From Anaeramoeba ignava BMAN (lineage: Eukaryota; Protista; Anaeramoebae): DNA of 64,000 bases. This document shows positions 37,458 to 49,990 of the stretch, piece by piece. A program made the position numbers and the translations under genes. The notes under the pieces are model-generated. The model ran no database searches. It saw nothing but the letters and a program-made list of their open reading frames with translations, and had not been told where the DNA came from. The stretch is taken from contig JAPDFW010000076.1 of assembly GCA_028826165.1 (NCBI GenBank), positions 186,001 to 250,000 of the forward strand, read 5' to 3'. The number at the start of each line of letters is the position of its first letter. The stretch's first letter is position 1.

Positions 37458-40400
37458 ATGTCTTCAATTCCTCAAATTTATGTTAAAGGTTTGTTTAATA
37501 TTTAGCTTATTTAAATAAACACAAAAAAGAAAAAGAAAAAGAAAAAGAATCACCGTTAAAAAATAAATATAAAAATAGTTATAAATATAAAAATAAATAT
37601 AAATATAAATATAAATATAAATATAAATATAAATATAATTATAATTATAAATATAAATATAAATATTTAAAATATAAATATAAAAATAAATATAAATATA
37701 AAAAAAATAAAATATAAATAAAAATAAAAAATAAACATAAAAAATATAAAAATAAATATAAAAAAAATATAAATATAAATATAAATATAAACATAAATAT
37801 AAAAATAAAAAATATAAATATAAAAATATAAATATAAAATAAATATAAATATAAACATAAATATAAATATATAAATATAAACATAAATATAAATATAAAT
37901 ATAAATATAAATAAATATAAATATAAACATAAATATAAACATAAAAATATAAATATAAAATAAAATATAAAATATAAACATAAAATATAAACATAAATAA
38001 AAAATATAAATATAAATATAAATATAAAATAAATATAAATATAAATATAAACATAAACATAAAACATAAATATAAATATAAATAAAAATATAAAATATAA
38101 ATATAAATATAAATATATAAATAAAATAATAATAAAAACATAAATATAAATATAAAAATATAAAATATAAATATAAATATAAAATATAAATATAAATATA
38201 AATAAAAAAACATAAAATATAAATATAAAAAATATAAATATAAACATAAAATAAAATATAAATATAAAAATAAATAAATAAATATAAAATATAAATATAA
38301 ATATAAATATAAAATAAAATATAAATATAAACATAAATATAAATATAAAATATAAATATAAATATAAATATAAATATAAAATAAATATAAAATATAAATA
38401 TAAATATAAACATAAATATAAATAAATATAAATATAAATATAAACATAAAATATAAATATAAACATAAAATATAAAAATAAATATAAATATAAATATAAA
38501 TATAAATATAAATATAAATATAAATATAAATAATATAAATATAAATATAAATATAAAATATAAAATAAAAAAATATAAAATATAAAATTTATAAATATAA
38601 AATATAAATATAAATATAAATATAAAATATAAATATAAAAAATCTAAAATATAAAAATATAAATATAAATATAAATATAAATATAAATATAAATATAAAT
38701 ATAAATATAAATATAATAAATATAAAAATATAAATATAAATATAAATATAAATATAAATATAAATATAAATATAAATATAAATATAAATATAAATATAAA
38801 TATAAATATAAATATAAATATAAATATAAATATAAATATAAATATAATATAAATATAAATATAAATATAAATATAAATATAAATATAAATATAAATACAA
38901 ATACAAATACAAATATAAATATAAATCTAATTATAAATATAAATATAAATCTAAATATAAATTTTCGTTTTTACTTTTAAAATTTAGTTCTTGAAGCAAA
39001 AGTTAATTCTTCTGAAATTCAAAACCCAAGTCTTTCTTGTATCTTAAAACTACAAAAATTAAAGCTTAAAACTACATCTCAAGACACTCCATCTCCAAAA
39101 TGGAATGAAGACTTTGTTTTCTATGTTAAAAAAGAAACAAAATTAATTGTCCAATTAGTTCATTCACAAGTCCATAAAAAAAAAGGGATTACTCTTGGAA
39201 AAGTTGAAATTCCTTTAAAACCTTTAAAAAATGAAAAACCTCAAGAAAATTATTTTGAATTATTATCACCAAAAAAAAAGGAACCAATAGGAAAAATTAA
39301 ACTTTTATTACATTATCTTGATAAAAAAGTATTTTTTTTTTGAATAGGAAAAAAATAAGATAATTGAAATGGGAAAATTTTTATGAATTATTTTTTATAG
39401 GAAGGATTATCAAGAACACTTCAAATCAGAGAATCTTGGAAGATGAAATTTCCTGAACTTTTTGAAGTAAAATAATCAAATTTAAATGAAAAATTTAAAT
39501 TAAAATTTCAAAATTGAAAATTTAAATTAAAAATTTATCAGATTGTAACTTCAGATGATTTTGAGGTTTTAAGTATTCTTGTAGATGTTATACCTTCAAG
39601 AGAAGCAACAAATGTTGCTAGTAATTTAGTTTCAATTTTAAATTGTCAAGGAAAAATAATACCATTCATCAAAAATTCAATTGAAAAAGAAGTTGCAAAT
39701 TCTCGTAAAGAAAATAATATATAAATATAAATATAAATATAAATATAAATATAAATATAAATATAAATATATTTATAAATATAAATATAAATATAAATAT
39801 AAATATAAATATATATATAAATATAAATATAAATATAAATATAAATATAAATATAAATATAAATATAAATATAAATAAATATAAATATAAATATTTAAAT
39901 ATTTATTTATAAATTATTTTGTTTCTTAATCATTAAAAAAAAATTTTTTTTTGATATTATTTTAGGATCTCCAAATCAATTATTTCGAACAAATTCTTTT
40001 GCAACAAAAATAATAAAAGAATATTCAATAAAAATTGGGTTAGATTTTGTTCAATCAACTCTAAAAAAATCATTAAATGAAATTCTAAAATTAGCAAATA
40101 TAATTAATGTAGAAAAAAAACGAAAAATATTTGATAACATTTTATATTTAATATTAATATATATATTTTTTTGAAAATTAGCTTTCAAACGATAATCAAG
40201 ATCAATCAATTTTGGAGAAAAATTATGATACTGTAAGAAAACTTAGTGATAATGTTCTTTCATCAATTTTTTCATCTAAAAACAAAATGCCAAAGTAATT
40301 TAAAATTGAAATTCATTTTGAAATTAAAATTAAAATTAAAATTAAAATTCATTTTGAAATTAAAATTCATTTTGAAATTAAAATTAATTTTGAAATTAAA

Positions 40401-43400
40401 ATTAAAATTAAAATTCAAATTAAAATTAAAATTGAATTTAAAATTAAAATTAAAATTAAAATTCATTTTGAATTTAAAATTAAAATTAAATATTTTTTTT
40501 GTAGAGAATTCTTTTATATTTGCAATTTTATTCGAGAAGCAGTTTCTGCTAAATTTCCTGATTATTCTCTTATAGCAGTTTCTGGATTCATCTTTTTAAG
40601 ATTTTTTTGTGCAGCAATTGTTACTCCTGAAGAATTTCATATTACTTTCCAAGAAATTCCAAGTTCATCAAGAAAAAATCTTGTTTTAATAGCAAAAATT
40701 ATTCAAACACTTGCAAATCATGCAAAATTAGGAGAAAAAGATGAAAATTTAAAACCTTTATTAAGTTATTTTGAAAAAAAAATTAAAGAAATTGATCAAG
40801 TAAAAAAAAAAGAAAAAGAAAATATTTGATTGATTTTTTTAATTGAAAAAAAAATTATGAAATTATAAAATTAATTTTTATTAGTTTCTTGAAGAAATTT
40901 CTCAACAAAAAGAACCTGAAAATGATTCAGATTCTGTTATAAATATGGATTTATTTGATTTTAAAGAAATGGCAACTCTTGTCAAATATTTAAAATTATA
41001 TTTTGATAAAATTGATACAATATTAACACCAGAAGATGAAGTTGATGGAATTAAACAAGAAAAAGTAAATTAAAATTAAAATTCATTTTGAAATTAAAAT
41101 TAAAATTCATTTTGAATTTAAAATTAAAATTAAAATTAAAATTAAAATTAAATTTAAAATCAAAATTAAAATTAAAATTAAAATTAAAATTAAAATTAAA
41201 ATTAAAATTAAAATTAAAATTAAAATTAAAATTAAAATTAAAATTAAAAATTAATTTTAAAATTAAAATTGAAATTAAAAATAAAATTAAAAATTAAAAT
41301 TAAAATTAAAATTCATTTTGAATTTAAAATTGAAATTAAAATTAAAATTAAAATTAAAATTAAAATTAAAATTAAAATTAAAATTAAAATTAAAATTAAA
41401 ATTAAAATTAAAATTAATTTTGAATTTAAAATTAAAATCAAAATTAAAATTTAATAATGTTTCTTTCATAGAGTTTCTCATTAATGGGATTTTTATCAGC
41501 AAATGATAAATCAACCGAATTAGCAATTCTTTTAAATGATATTGGAGAACCACCAAATGAAGCATTTGAAAAATTACATTCAATTCCAAGTCCATTAATT
41601 CACGGAAGAAAAGCAATCAAACTTCATGATAACGAGCAAACAATTTCAACCGAAGAATCAGAAGATACATTTGGAATACTCAATCATGAATCAAAATTTT
41701 CAGGTGAATCAAGACAACCTGAAAGTGTAGCAATGGAATTAATTCGAATTATTCAAGAATTATATTATAAATATTTATCAAAAGAATCAAAACCTTCAAA
41801 CAAAAAAGATGCAAAAAAAGGCACTTTATTTTATCAAGATTGTGATTGGAATGAATTAAAAAACGATCCAAAATACATTGAATTCACTCAAAAAACTGGT
41901 GAATTAAAAGCAATTGATCCTCAAATAATCTCAAAATTAAATCGTATTTCTTTTTGGATCAATATTCATAATATTTTGTTTATTCATGGCTGCGCAGAAA
42001 ATGGACAGCCTCCTTCAACAATGTCTCAATTCAAAGCATTTGTTTCAATGCAAAAGTACAAAATTGGTGACTTAGTTTATTCAATAGATGATATTTCTCA
42101 AGGCGTTTTAAGATCAAATGCAAAGAATTTTGTTGGAATTCGTTATTTTAAAAAATCGGATCCTCGAAAAAATACTGTTTTAAAAAAGTTTTTTCCTCTT
42201 ATTCTTTTTGGTATTACAAATTTACAATTTACTTCTCCTGAGCTTTATGTATTTTCTCCTGATAGTATTGAAAAACAATTATCTCGTGCAGGTCAATTAT
42301 ATATTGAAAATTTTGTGAAGATTGAAGATAGAACTATTAATCCAATGGTAATTAATTAAAATTAATTTATAAAATTAAAAATTGATTTATAAAATTAAAA
42401 TTGATTTATAAAATTAAAATTAATTTATAAAATTAAAATTGATTTATAAAATTAAAAATTGATTTATAAAATTAAAAATTGATTTACAAAATTAAAATTG
42501 ATTTATAAAATTAAAATTAATTTATAGAATTAAAATTGATTTATAAAATTAAAAATTAATTTATAAAATTAAAAATTAATTTATAAAATTAAAATTAATT
42601 TATAAAATTAAAATTAATTTATAAAATTAAAATTGATTTATAAAATTAAAATTGATTTATAAAATTAAAATTAATTTATAAAATTAAAAATTGATTATAA
42701 AATTCATTTATAAAAATAAAAATTAATTTATAAAATTAAAAATTGATTTATAAAATTAAAATTAATTTTAAAATTAAAATTCATTTATAAAATTAAAAAT
42801 TAATTTATAAAATTAAAAATTGATTTATAAAATTAAAATTCATTTATAAAATTAAAAATTGATTTATAAAATTAAAATTGATTTATAAAATTAAAATTGA
42901 TTTATAAAATTAAAAATTGATTTATAAAATTAAAATTAATTTATAAAATTAAAAATTAATTTATAAAATTAAAATTAATTTATAAAATTAAAAATTGATT
43001 ATAAAATTAAAATTTATTTATAAAATTAAAAATTAATTTATAAAATTAAAAATTAATTTATAAAAATAAAAGATGATTTTTCCAACTTTTTTCAAATATT
43101 ATCGTTCTGATTTCGGTAGAAATGAAGATCAAGTTATTGATTTTATTATTGATATTTTGAAAAGAACACAAAGTGATGCTTATATTAAATTGAGAAATTT
43201 ATTAGTTTTGGAATATAAATTGAAATATAAAAATATTTCAAAAAAATCAAATTCAAATCCAAATGAAAATTCAAATTCAAATTCAAATTCAAATTCAAAT
43301 TCAAATGAATTATTTGATTCAAAAAGTATTAAAATTTTTCAAGATTTTGAAATTAAATATACACTTGATTGGGATTCTCCAAAAGAACCAAAAATTCAAA

Positions 43401-43579
43401 GAAAATTTTCACTTCCTCAAAATCAACCAACTCGTCTTCATAAAATGATTTCTTTAGATCCAAAACAAGAAAAAGAAAAAAAAAAAGAACAAAAAAAAGA
43501 ACCAGAATTATCTCGAAATTTAGTTGGAAAAAAAGATAAAAGAACAAAATCTCATTCATTTTTTCCTAAGAAAAAATAA
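37458..43579 (+). CDS. Multi-exon C2 + RasGAP + DUF547 protein
   Basis: Exon 1 MSSIPQIYVK joins VLEAK...SPKWNEDFVF (C2). QLFRTNSFATK and SGFIFLRFFCAAIVTP (RasGAP). ISFWINIHNILFIHG...YSIDDI...DPR (DUF547). Final exon starts at 43073. Confidence 0.85.
37560..38960. repeat. (AAATAT)n microsatellite filling the 1.5-kb first intron (37489-38987) of the C2-RasGAP gene
   Basis: Tandem hexamer. Similar fills occur at 39720-39895, 40300-40490 and 41070-41450. Confidence 0.9.
42355..43070. repeat. ~18-19-bp (AAAATTGATTTATAAAATT)n array filling the last intron of the C2-RasGAP gene
   Basis: Tandem repeat read directly from the sequence. Confidence 0.9.
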
Positions 43580-43784
43580 GATAAAGAAATTTAATTTTTT
43601 TAATTTTTTTAATTTAATTTTCTTTTTAAAAAAAAAAGTGGAATGGAAAATAAAATTTTTTTTCTTTCTTTTTGAAATTTTCTAATTGATTTTCTAATTG
43701 ATTTTCTAATTGATTTTCTAATTGATTTTCTAATTGATTTTCTAATTGATTTTCTAATTGATTTTCTAATTTGAAATTTTCTAA

Positions 43785-46700
43785 TTACATAACGCTATAA
43801 CGACTTCCACGACCTAAATAAAATTCTTGAAGAATAGATTCAACAGTAGCACGAGCTCTTAAACAAGAATCTCTTGAATTAGATTCAATATGAAGAAATA
43901 ATTTACGTTCACCTTGAGGAACCAATTTACCACGAGGAACATAAGTACCTTTTGTTATAATAGAAGCACCAGTTTCTCTTGTAATTTCAACCAAAGCATC
44001 TTTATGAGTAACTTTCCATCTTGCTTGTTGAGGATAATCATTGATTTCAAGTTCTGTTTGAAAAAGTGAATCGCCAACAGAAACAATTTCATCTTCATCT
44101 GGAGTAAGAAATCCACTTGTTAGATTGTTATTGTTTAGTATTTGATTTGGAATTATCGAATTTTGCATTGTTTGATTTGGAAAAATATTTGAGTTTGCTT
44201 TTGCTTGATTATTGTTGATGTTTCGATTGATTGTTTCTGCTAAACGTCGTGCTCTTTCTACTGGATCAAGATTTTCTTGATTTTGTAAATTGTTTGTTTT
44301 GTTAAATACTGTTGTTTCTGTTTCCATTGAATTTTCTTTTATGTTTTTTTGATTTTGATTTTGATTTTGATTTTGATTTTGATTTTTATTTGTTCCTACT
44401 TTAACTCTTATTCTTTCTAAATTTTCATATTCTTCTTGTTCTTCTGCTTTTTCTTGTTCATTAAAATAATCCTCTTTTTGTTTTTCTCTTTCTTCTCTTT
44501 TAATTTCATTTTCTGTATCATCGAACTGGAATCCTTTACCTCCATATCCACCTCCACCAATACGTTTTGGAACCAATTCTCCTTTTGTTACTTTTGATTC
44601 ATATGATTTCTCCAATTCTCGAAGTGTATCTGGTATTGTTGCGCCTGATTTTTCCAGAATTGATATAAGATCTTTTGCATGTTGTTCTTCTTCTTTGGTT
44701 ATAAAAGTTACTGCTGTTCCTTTTTTTCCTGCTCTTCCTGTTCTTCCAACTCGATGTACATAATTCTCAACATATTTCGGTACATCGTAATTGATTACCA
44801 AATTCAGATCTTTCACATCCAGTCCTCTTCCTGCAACTGAATTGTGAATGTTAATCAACCCTATTCCACCAAAAAATTTCTCGCTTCCTTCAACTGAAAT
44901 ATCATATACAAATTCAGGTTGTTTTTCTAGTTTTTCAATCCTGGAAATTTTTGAGAAACGTGTTTGTTTGGTTTCCATAAAATATCTTCCTTCATAATTT
45001 TTCTGTATTTCATCTTCTTCCATTCCATATTCTTGTTTTCTATTATAAACTTGCTGAATAATATAAATCAACCCAACTAATAATTTTCTATTTGTTTCTT
45101 CAAAACAATTTATTAAATAACTTATTAAATCTTTTCCTTGCTTTGCGTTTTCAAAATCCAATTCAAATGAGAAATGCTTTTGATTTTCTATTCTATTGAA
45201 TCTGAGAAAACCTTCCAAAAAATATTGTTTAAACTTTTCTGTTATCGAATAGATAAAATTAGGAATTTGCTTGTATTTGGTTTCATTTGGTTCAATCTTG
45301 AAAATATTTTTGTATAAATGAAATAAAATCTCATTTCCACAAATAAAAACTTGATCGGATTTCTGGTAAATATCCACATTTGATAAATTAAGAGTTTTGC
45401 ATAATTTTCTTAAATACTCTATTTCTTCTGTATTCCTTATTACTTGATTACTATCGTTATAATTATCGTATTCTCCACAAATAACAATTTTTGGAGAACA
45501 TATCGATCCAATAAACAAACAAAGTGATTTTGTTATTTGTAGAAATGTAGGTAATTTTGAAATTGTGGTTTTCGGTGATTTTTGGAATGCAATTTCAGAT
45601 GTAACGATTTTGTTTAATTCAGGAAGAAATTTAGGTATATTTATATTTTGGTTCATTTTCACTTCCAATGTTTCAAAATTGAAAAATTCATAATCATTTT
45701 CAACTGTGTTTTTAAAAATCCATTCTAAAAAGTTAATATAATTTTCCCCAGTTTTAGTAATAGTTATTGGAGAGTTTTCGTTGGATCTTATTATCAACCC
45801 ACAATTAAATAAATCTGAAATAATATTTTCATTTTCATTTTCATTTTCATTTTCAAATTTTGATTTTCTTGCAAAGGTTTGAAGAATATCAAATTGAGTT
45901 TTTAAAGATCCAGAAATTTGTGATCCTTTCAAATATTTGAATTGAAGAGAAAAATAACCAAGATATTTTTGAGGAAGATTTTCAACAAATTCTTGCAAAA
46001 TATTGATATTTCTAAGGGAATAATCGCATGTTTGTGGGATTTGGAAACCGTAATTAATTGGGAGATTAGGTTTTGCAACTGTTTCTGAAAGAATATAATC
46101 CCTATTTGAGTCATAAGTAAACAAACTATGATCTTCAGTAACAAGTGATGAAAATCCATTTTCAAGAGTCACTTTAACAACATTTGATTGGCGAATATGT
46201 CGATGAACATGGGTAATTGGATAGAAATTAATTTTATCACCGAAATGATCTGAAGAAAGACATTCCCATCCATTTTCAATTTCTCTAGAAGATTCATAAT
46301 TGTTTGATAAGAAAGATTCTACAAAAGATCCAATTTCAACAATTTCAATAATTCCTTTTGGATTTTTAATAATAATTAATTCTTTTGGATGAACAGATGT
46401 TGCAATTAAAATTGTAGCCACATGATTTTTGAAATCATTAATTGTAGATGCTCGATCTTCTTGGTCCATTCTTCCATGAAGTGATAAACAAGGATATCCT
46501 CTTTGGAAAAGGGTTTTAAGTAAAGAATCAGCACTTTCATGAGTATTGACAAACACTAAAATACTTCCTTTTTCATACCATTCTCCCAATAATTTTAATA
46601 AATAGAATATTTTTTGTTCATCATTTTCTATAACTTCAACAAGTTGATTTACATCATCACAAACAACTGAGCGTCCACCAACAACAATTTCAAGTGGTCT

Positions 46701-49700
46701 TTCCAAAATTTGTTTTGCTAACATTTCAATTTGTTTTGGAAAAGTAGCTGAAAACATTACAGTTTGTCTATCTGGTCTTATATTTTGGATTATTCTGATA
46801 ACTTGCGGTCCAAATCCTAGATCAAACATTCTATCAGCTTCATCAAGAACGACATAAGTTGTTCTACGTAAATTTGTAACTTTTCCGTTATTTGCACAAA
46901 GGAGATCGATCATTCTTCCTAAAATTATTGAAATTAAATATTTTTAAATTTAATATTTTGAAATTAATATTAAATATTTTGAAATTAAATATTTTTAAAT
47001 TTAAATAAATATTTTGAAATTTAAATAAATATTTTTAAATTAAATATTTTGAATTAAATATTTTTGAATTGAAATTAAATATTTTGAAATTAATATTAAA
47101 TATTTTGAAATTAAATATTTTGAAATTAAATATTTTGAAATTAAATATTTTTAAAATTAAAATAAATATTTTGAAATTTGATTTTGGAAATATTTAACTT
47201 ACCAGGTGTACAAACTACAATATGAGCTCCACGTTTTAAATTAGCAATTTGAAGACTAATACTAGCTCCACCATAAACACAAACACACTAAATAAAATAA
47301 TAAAATAATAAAATAATAAAATAATTAAAAAATTAAAAAATTAAAAAATTAAAATTTTGCAAATATTTTTGTTTTGAATAAAAAATAATTTACAGATAAT
47401 TTAAGTACAGAAGTAAATTTTTTAGAATCATGATATATTTGTAGTACAAGTTCTCTTGTTGGTGCAAGAATTAATGCAATCGGTCCATCTCCTTGACGAA
47501 GAGGTTGTTGATCTAAAACATGTCTAAACATTGGTAAAAGAAACGCAAGGGTTTTTCCACTTCCAGTTTTAGCACAACCAATTACATTTCTTCCTTTCAT
47601 TATTGCAGGAATAGCTTGTGATTGAATTGGTGTTGGTTTCTCAAATTGCAATTTTTCTAATCTATTCAATATTGTTGGTGATAATCCACATTCTGCAAAA
47701 GTTCTAACTGGTGGTGGACATCCTTTTCCCTATTAATTATTTGATTATTTTTTTTTTTTTGAATAAAATAATTGTGATTTTAATTGTTAATATCAATTGG
47801 AAAAAATAACTCAAAAATAAATTTGTAATAAATTGTTTTGTTTGATTAACAAATGAATATTTGAAAATAAAAATGCAAAGGTGGTTTCTTAACAATAAAT
47901 ACTGGATTCAATTTTGATTTTGAATTTTGAATTTTGAATTTGGATTTTTGAATTTGAATTGAATTTGAATTCAATTTTCATTTTGATTTTTGGATTTTGA
48001 ATTTAATTTCATTTTGATTTTTGGATTTTGAATTTGGAATTTGGAATTTAATTTCAATTTTGTTGATCTTTTCTTTTGTTTGTTTCCTCTTTTAATCTTG
48101 TTAGTTTTTCATTCATTGTTTAAATACTTGATTGGTTTAATAACTTGATTTGATTGTTTCAGTTTTTTTTTTGTTATTTTCGAATAATACAAAAATATCA
48201 AAAATAATTCAACAAAGAAAAATTGATTCTTATTTCCTTTTTTTTTTGTGTTTTTTTTTCTAAAAGGAAAAATTACATCCATATTTAAAAATTGTTTAAC
48301 AGAATATAGAAAAATAAACGGATGAAAAAGAATAGAAAGCACAAACAAAATTGGATCAATGTTCCAATTCAATAAGAAAACTTAAGGAAAACCACCTTTG
48401 CATTTGGATATGAATCAAAAAAAAAAAAAAACAACAAAAAACAAAACAAAACAAAAAATTATTTTTTAAATAAAATAACAAAAAAAAACTTACTCTTATT
48501 TTAATATTTTCCATTTCAACTCGTAATTTATCAATATCTTGAGCAGTTAATTTGGCAGATTCAGGTGATTCAATATAAAAATTTTTTCTAAAAGGAAGAT
48601 AATTAATTGAATCATGATCAACAACTGGAAGATCTTTTTTGGGTTTTTTAGTTCCATCACTTTCTGGAATAAGAGAATCATCATCTTCACTATTTTCTTC
48701 ATCACTAAAATATCTATCAATTTTGAACTTTGTTTTGATTTTTGATTTGGCTTTTGATTTCGATTTTGAATTTAAATTTGTTTCAATTGGTGGAAGTTTT
48801 TTTAATTCTTCTTCATTTTTTTTCATATAAGCATCAAGTGGATCTTCATCTCCAATATCAGAATCAGACTCAGAATCAAAATTAAAATCTGATTCCAATT
48901 TTTCTTTTTCTTTTTCATTTTCTTTTTCTTTTTCTTTTTCATTTTCATTTTCATTTTCATTTTCATTTTCATTTTGATTTTGATTTTGATTTTGATTTTG
49001 ATTTTGATTTTGATTTTGATTTTGATTTTGATTTTGATTTTGATTTTGATTTTGATTTTGATTTTGATTTTGATTTTGATTTTGATTTTGATTTTGATTT
49101 TGATTTTGATTTTGATTTTGATTTTGATTTTGATTTTGATTTTGATTTTCATTTTCATTTTCTTTTTGATTTTCATTTTGATTTTGATTTTCTAAATTGA
49201 ACATTTTTTGAAATAAAGCTAATCTTTCTCTTCTTCTTTTTTTTTTTTCATCTTCATCATTTTCAATTTGATTTTCATTTTCATTTTCATTTTCAATTTG
49301 ATTTTCAATTTGATTTTCTTTTTGATTTTCAATTTGATTTTCAATTTCATTTTCAATTTTATTTTCTTTTTCTTTTTGATTTTGTTTTTGATTTTCTTTT
49401 TCTTTTTCTTTTTGATTTTCTTTTTCTTCATTATGTTTGTAATATTTTCTATGATGACTCCTATCACTATGATTTCTGTCATGATGTTTCTCATTGTAAT
49501 TGTCTCTATGTCTTTCACTATGATGTCTTTCATGATGATGATGATGATGTTGTTGTTGTTTTTCATAATAATTGTCACGATGTTTTTGATAATGTCTATC
49601 TTTATTTTTTCTATGTTGTTTTTCATTTTCTCTATAATTTTCAATTTCTTCATTTGCTGATCTTTTTTTATCACGAGAATGTTTTGAAGAAGTTACTTTT

Positions 49701-49908
49701 ATTCTTTTCTTTCTTTTTCTTTTTTTTCTTCTTTTTCTTTATTTTCTTTATTTTCTTTTTTTACTTTATTTTCTTTATTTTCTTTATTTTCTTTATTTTC
49801 TTTATTTACTTTATTTTCTTTATTTTCTTTATTTTCTTTTATATTTTCTTTATGATAAGAATGATGTATATGTTTTATTGTTGAATTATGATGAGATTTA
49901 GAATTCAT
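43785..49908 (-). CDS. DDX46: DEAD-box splicing helicase DDX46/Prp5 containing an intein; exons ~49908-48494, 47729-47394, 47287-47203, 46918-43785
   Basis: [58 protein letters not shown] and the Prp5-specific [18 protein letters not shown]-like tail. One probable poly-A frameshift at ~49720. Confidence 0.95.
44841..46397 (-). mobile_element. Intein (519 aa) with degenerate LAGLIDADG homing endonuclease domain
   Basis: In-frame insertion between ILIAT and SVAGRGLDV. Block [11 protein letters not shown], block B VTEDHSLF, block [13 protein letters not shown], block G INIHN followed by +1 Ser. Confidence 0.96.
47871..48405. repeat. 17-bp perfect inverted repeat inside DDX46 intron 1
   Basis: AAATGCAAAGGTGGTTT (47871-47887) and AAACCACCTTTGCATTT (48389-48405). 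Confidence 0.85.
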
Positions 49909-49990
49909 TATTAAAATAAAAAATGAAAAAAAAAATGAAAAATTTATTTTTTTTTAATTTTTTTTTCATTTTTTTTAAAATAATAAAAAA

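Noticed and set aside
44841-46397. Insert as a self-splicing or spliceosomal intron, or a Hedgehog-type Hint domain
   Set aside because: Fully in frame, no GT-AG ends, has both N- and C-terminal intein blocks, and interrupts a conserved motif.
46488-46500. ATATCCTT U12-like donor in DDX46 (minus), and GTATCCTTT at ~62772 (plus)
   Set aside because: The first lies in conserved in-frame coding sequence (RGYPCL). The second is antisense to an intact ORF.
48109-48372. 87-aa ORF inside DDX46 intron 1
   Set aside because: Low complexity, non-ATG start, no homology cues.
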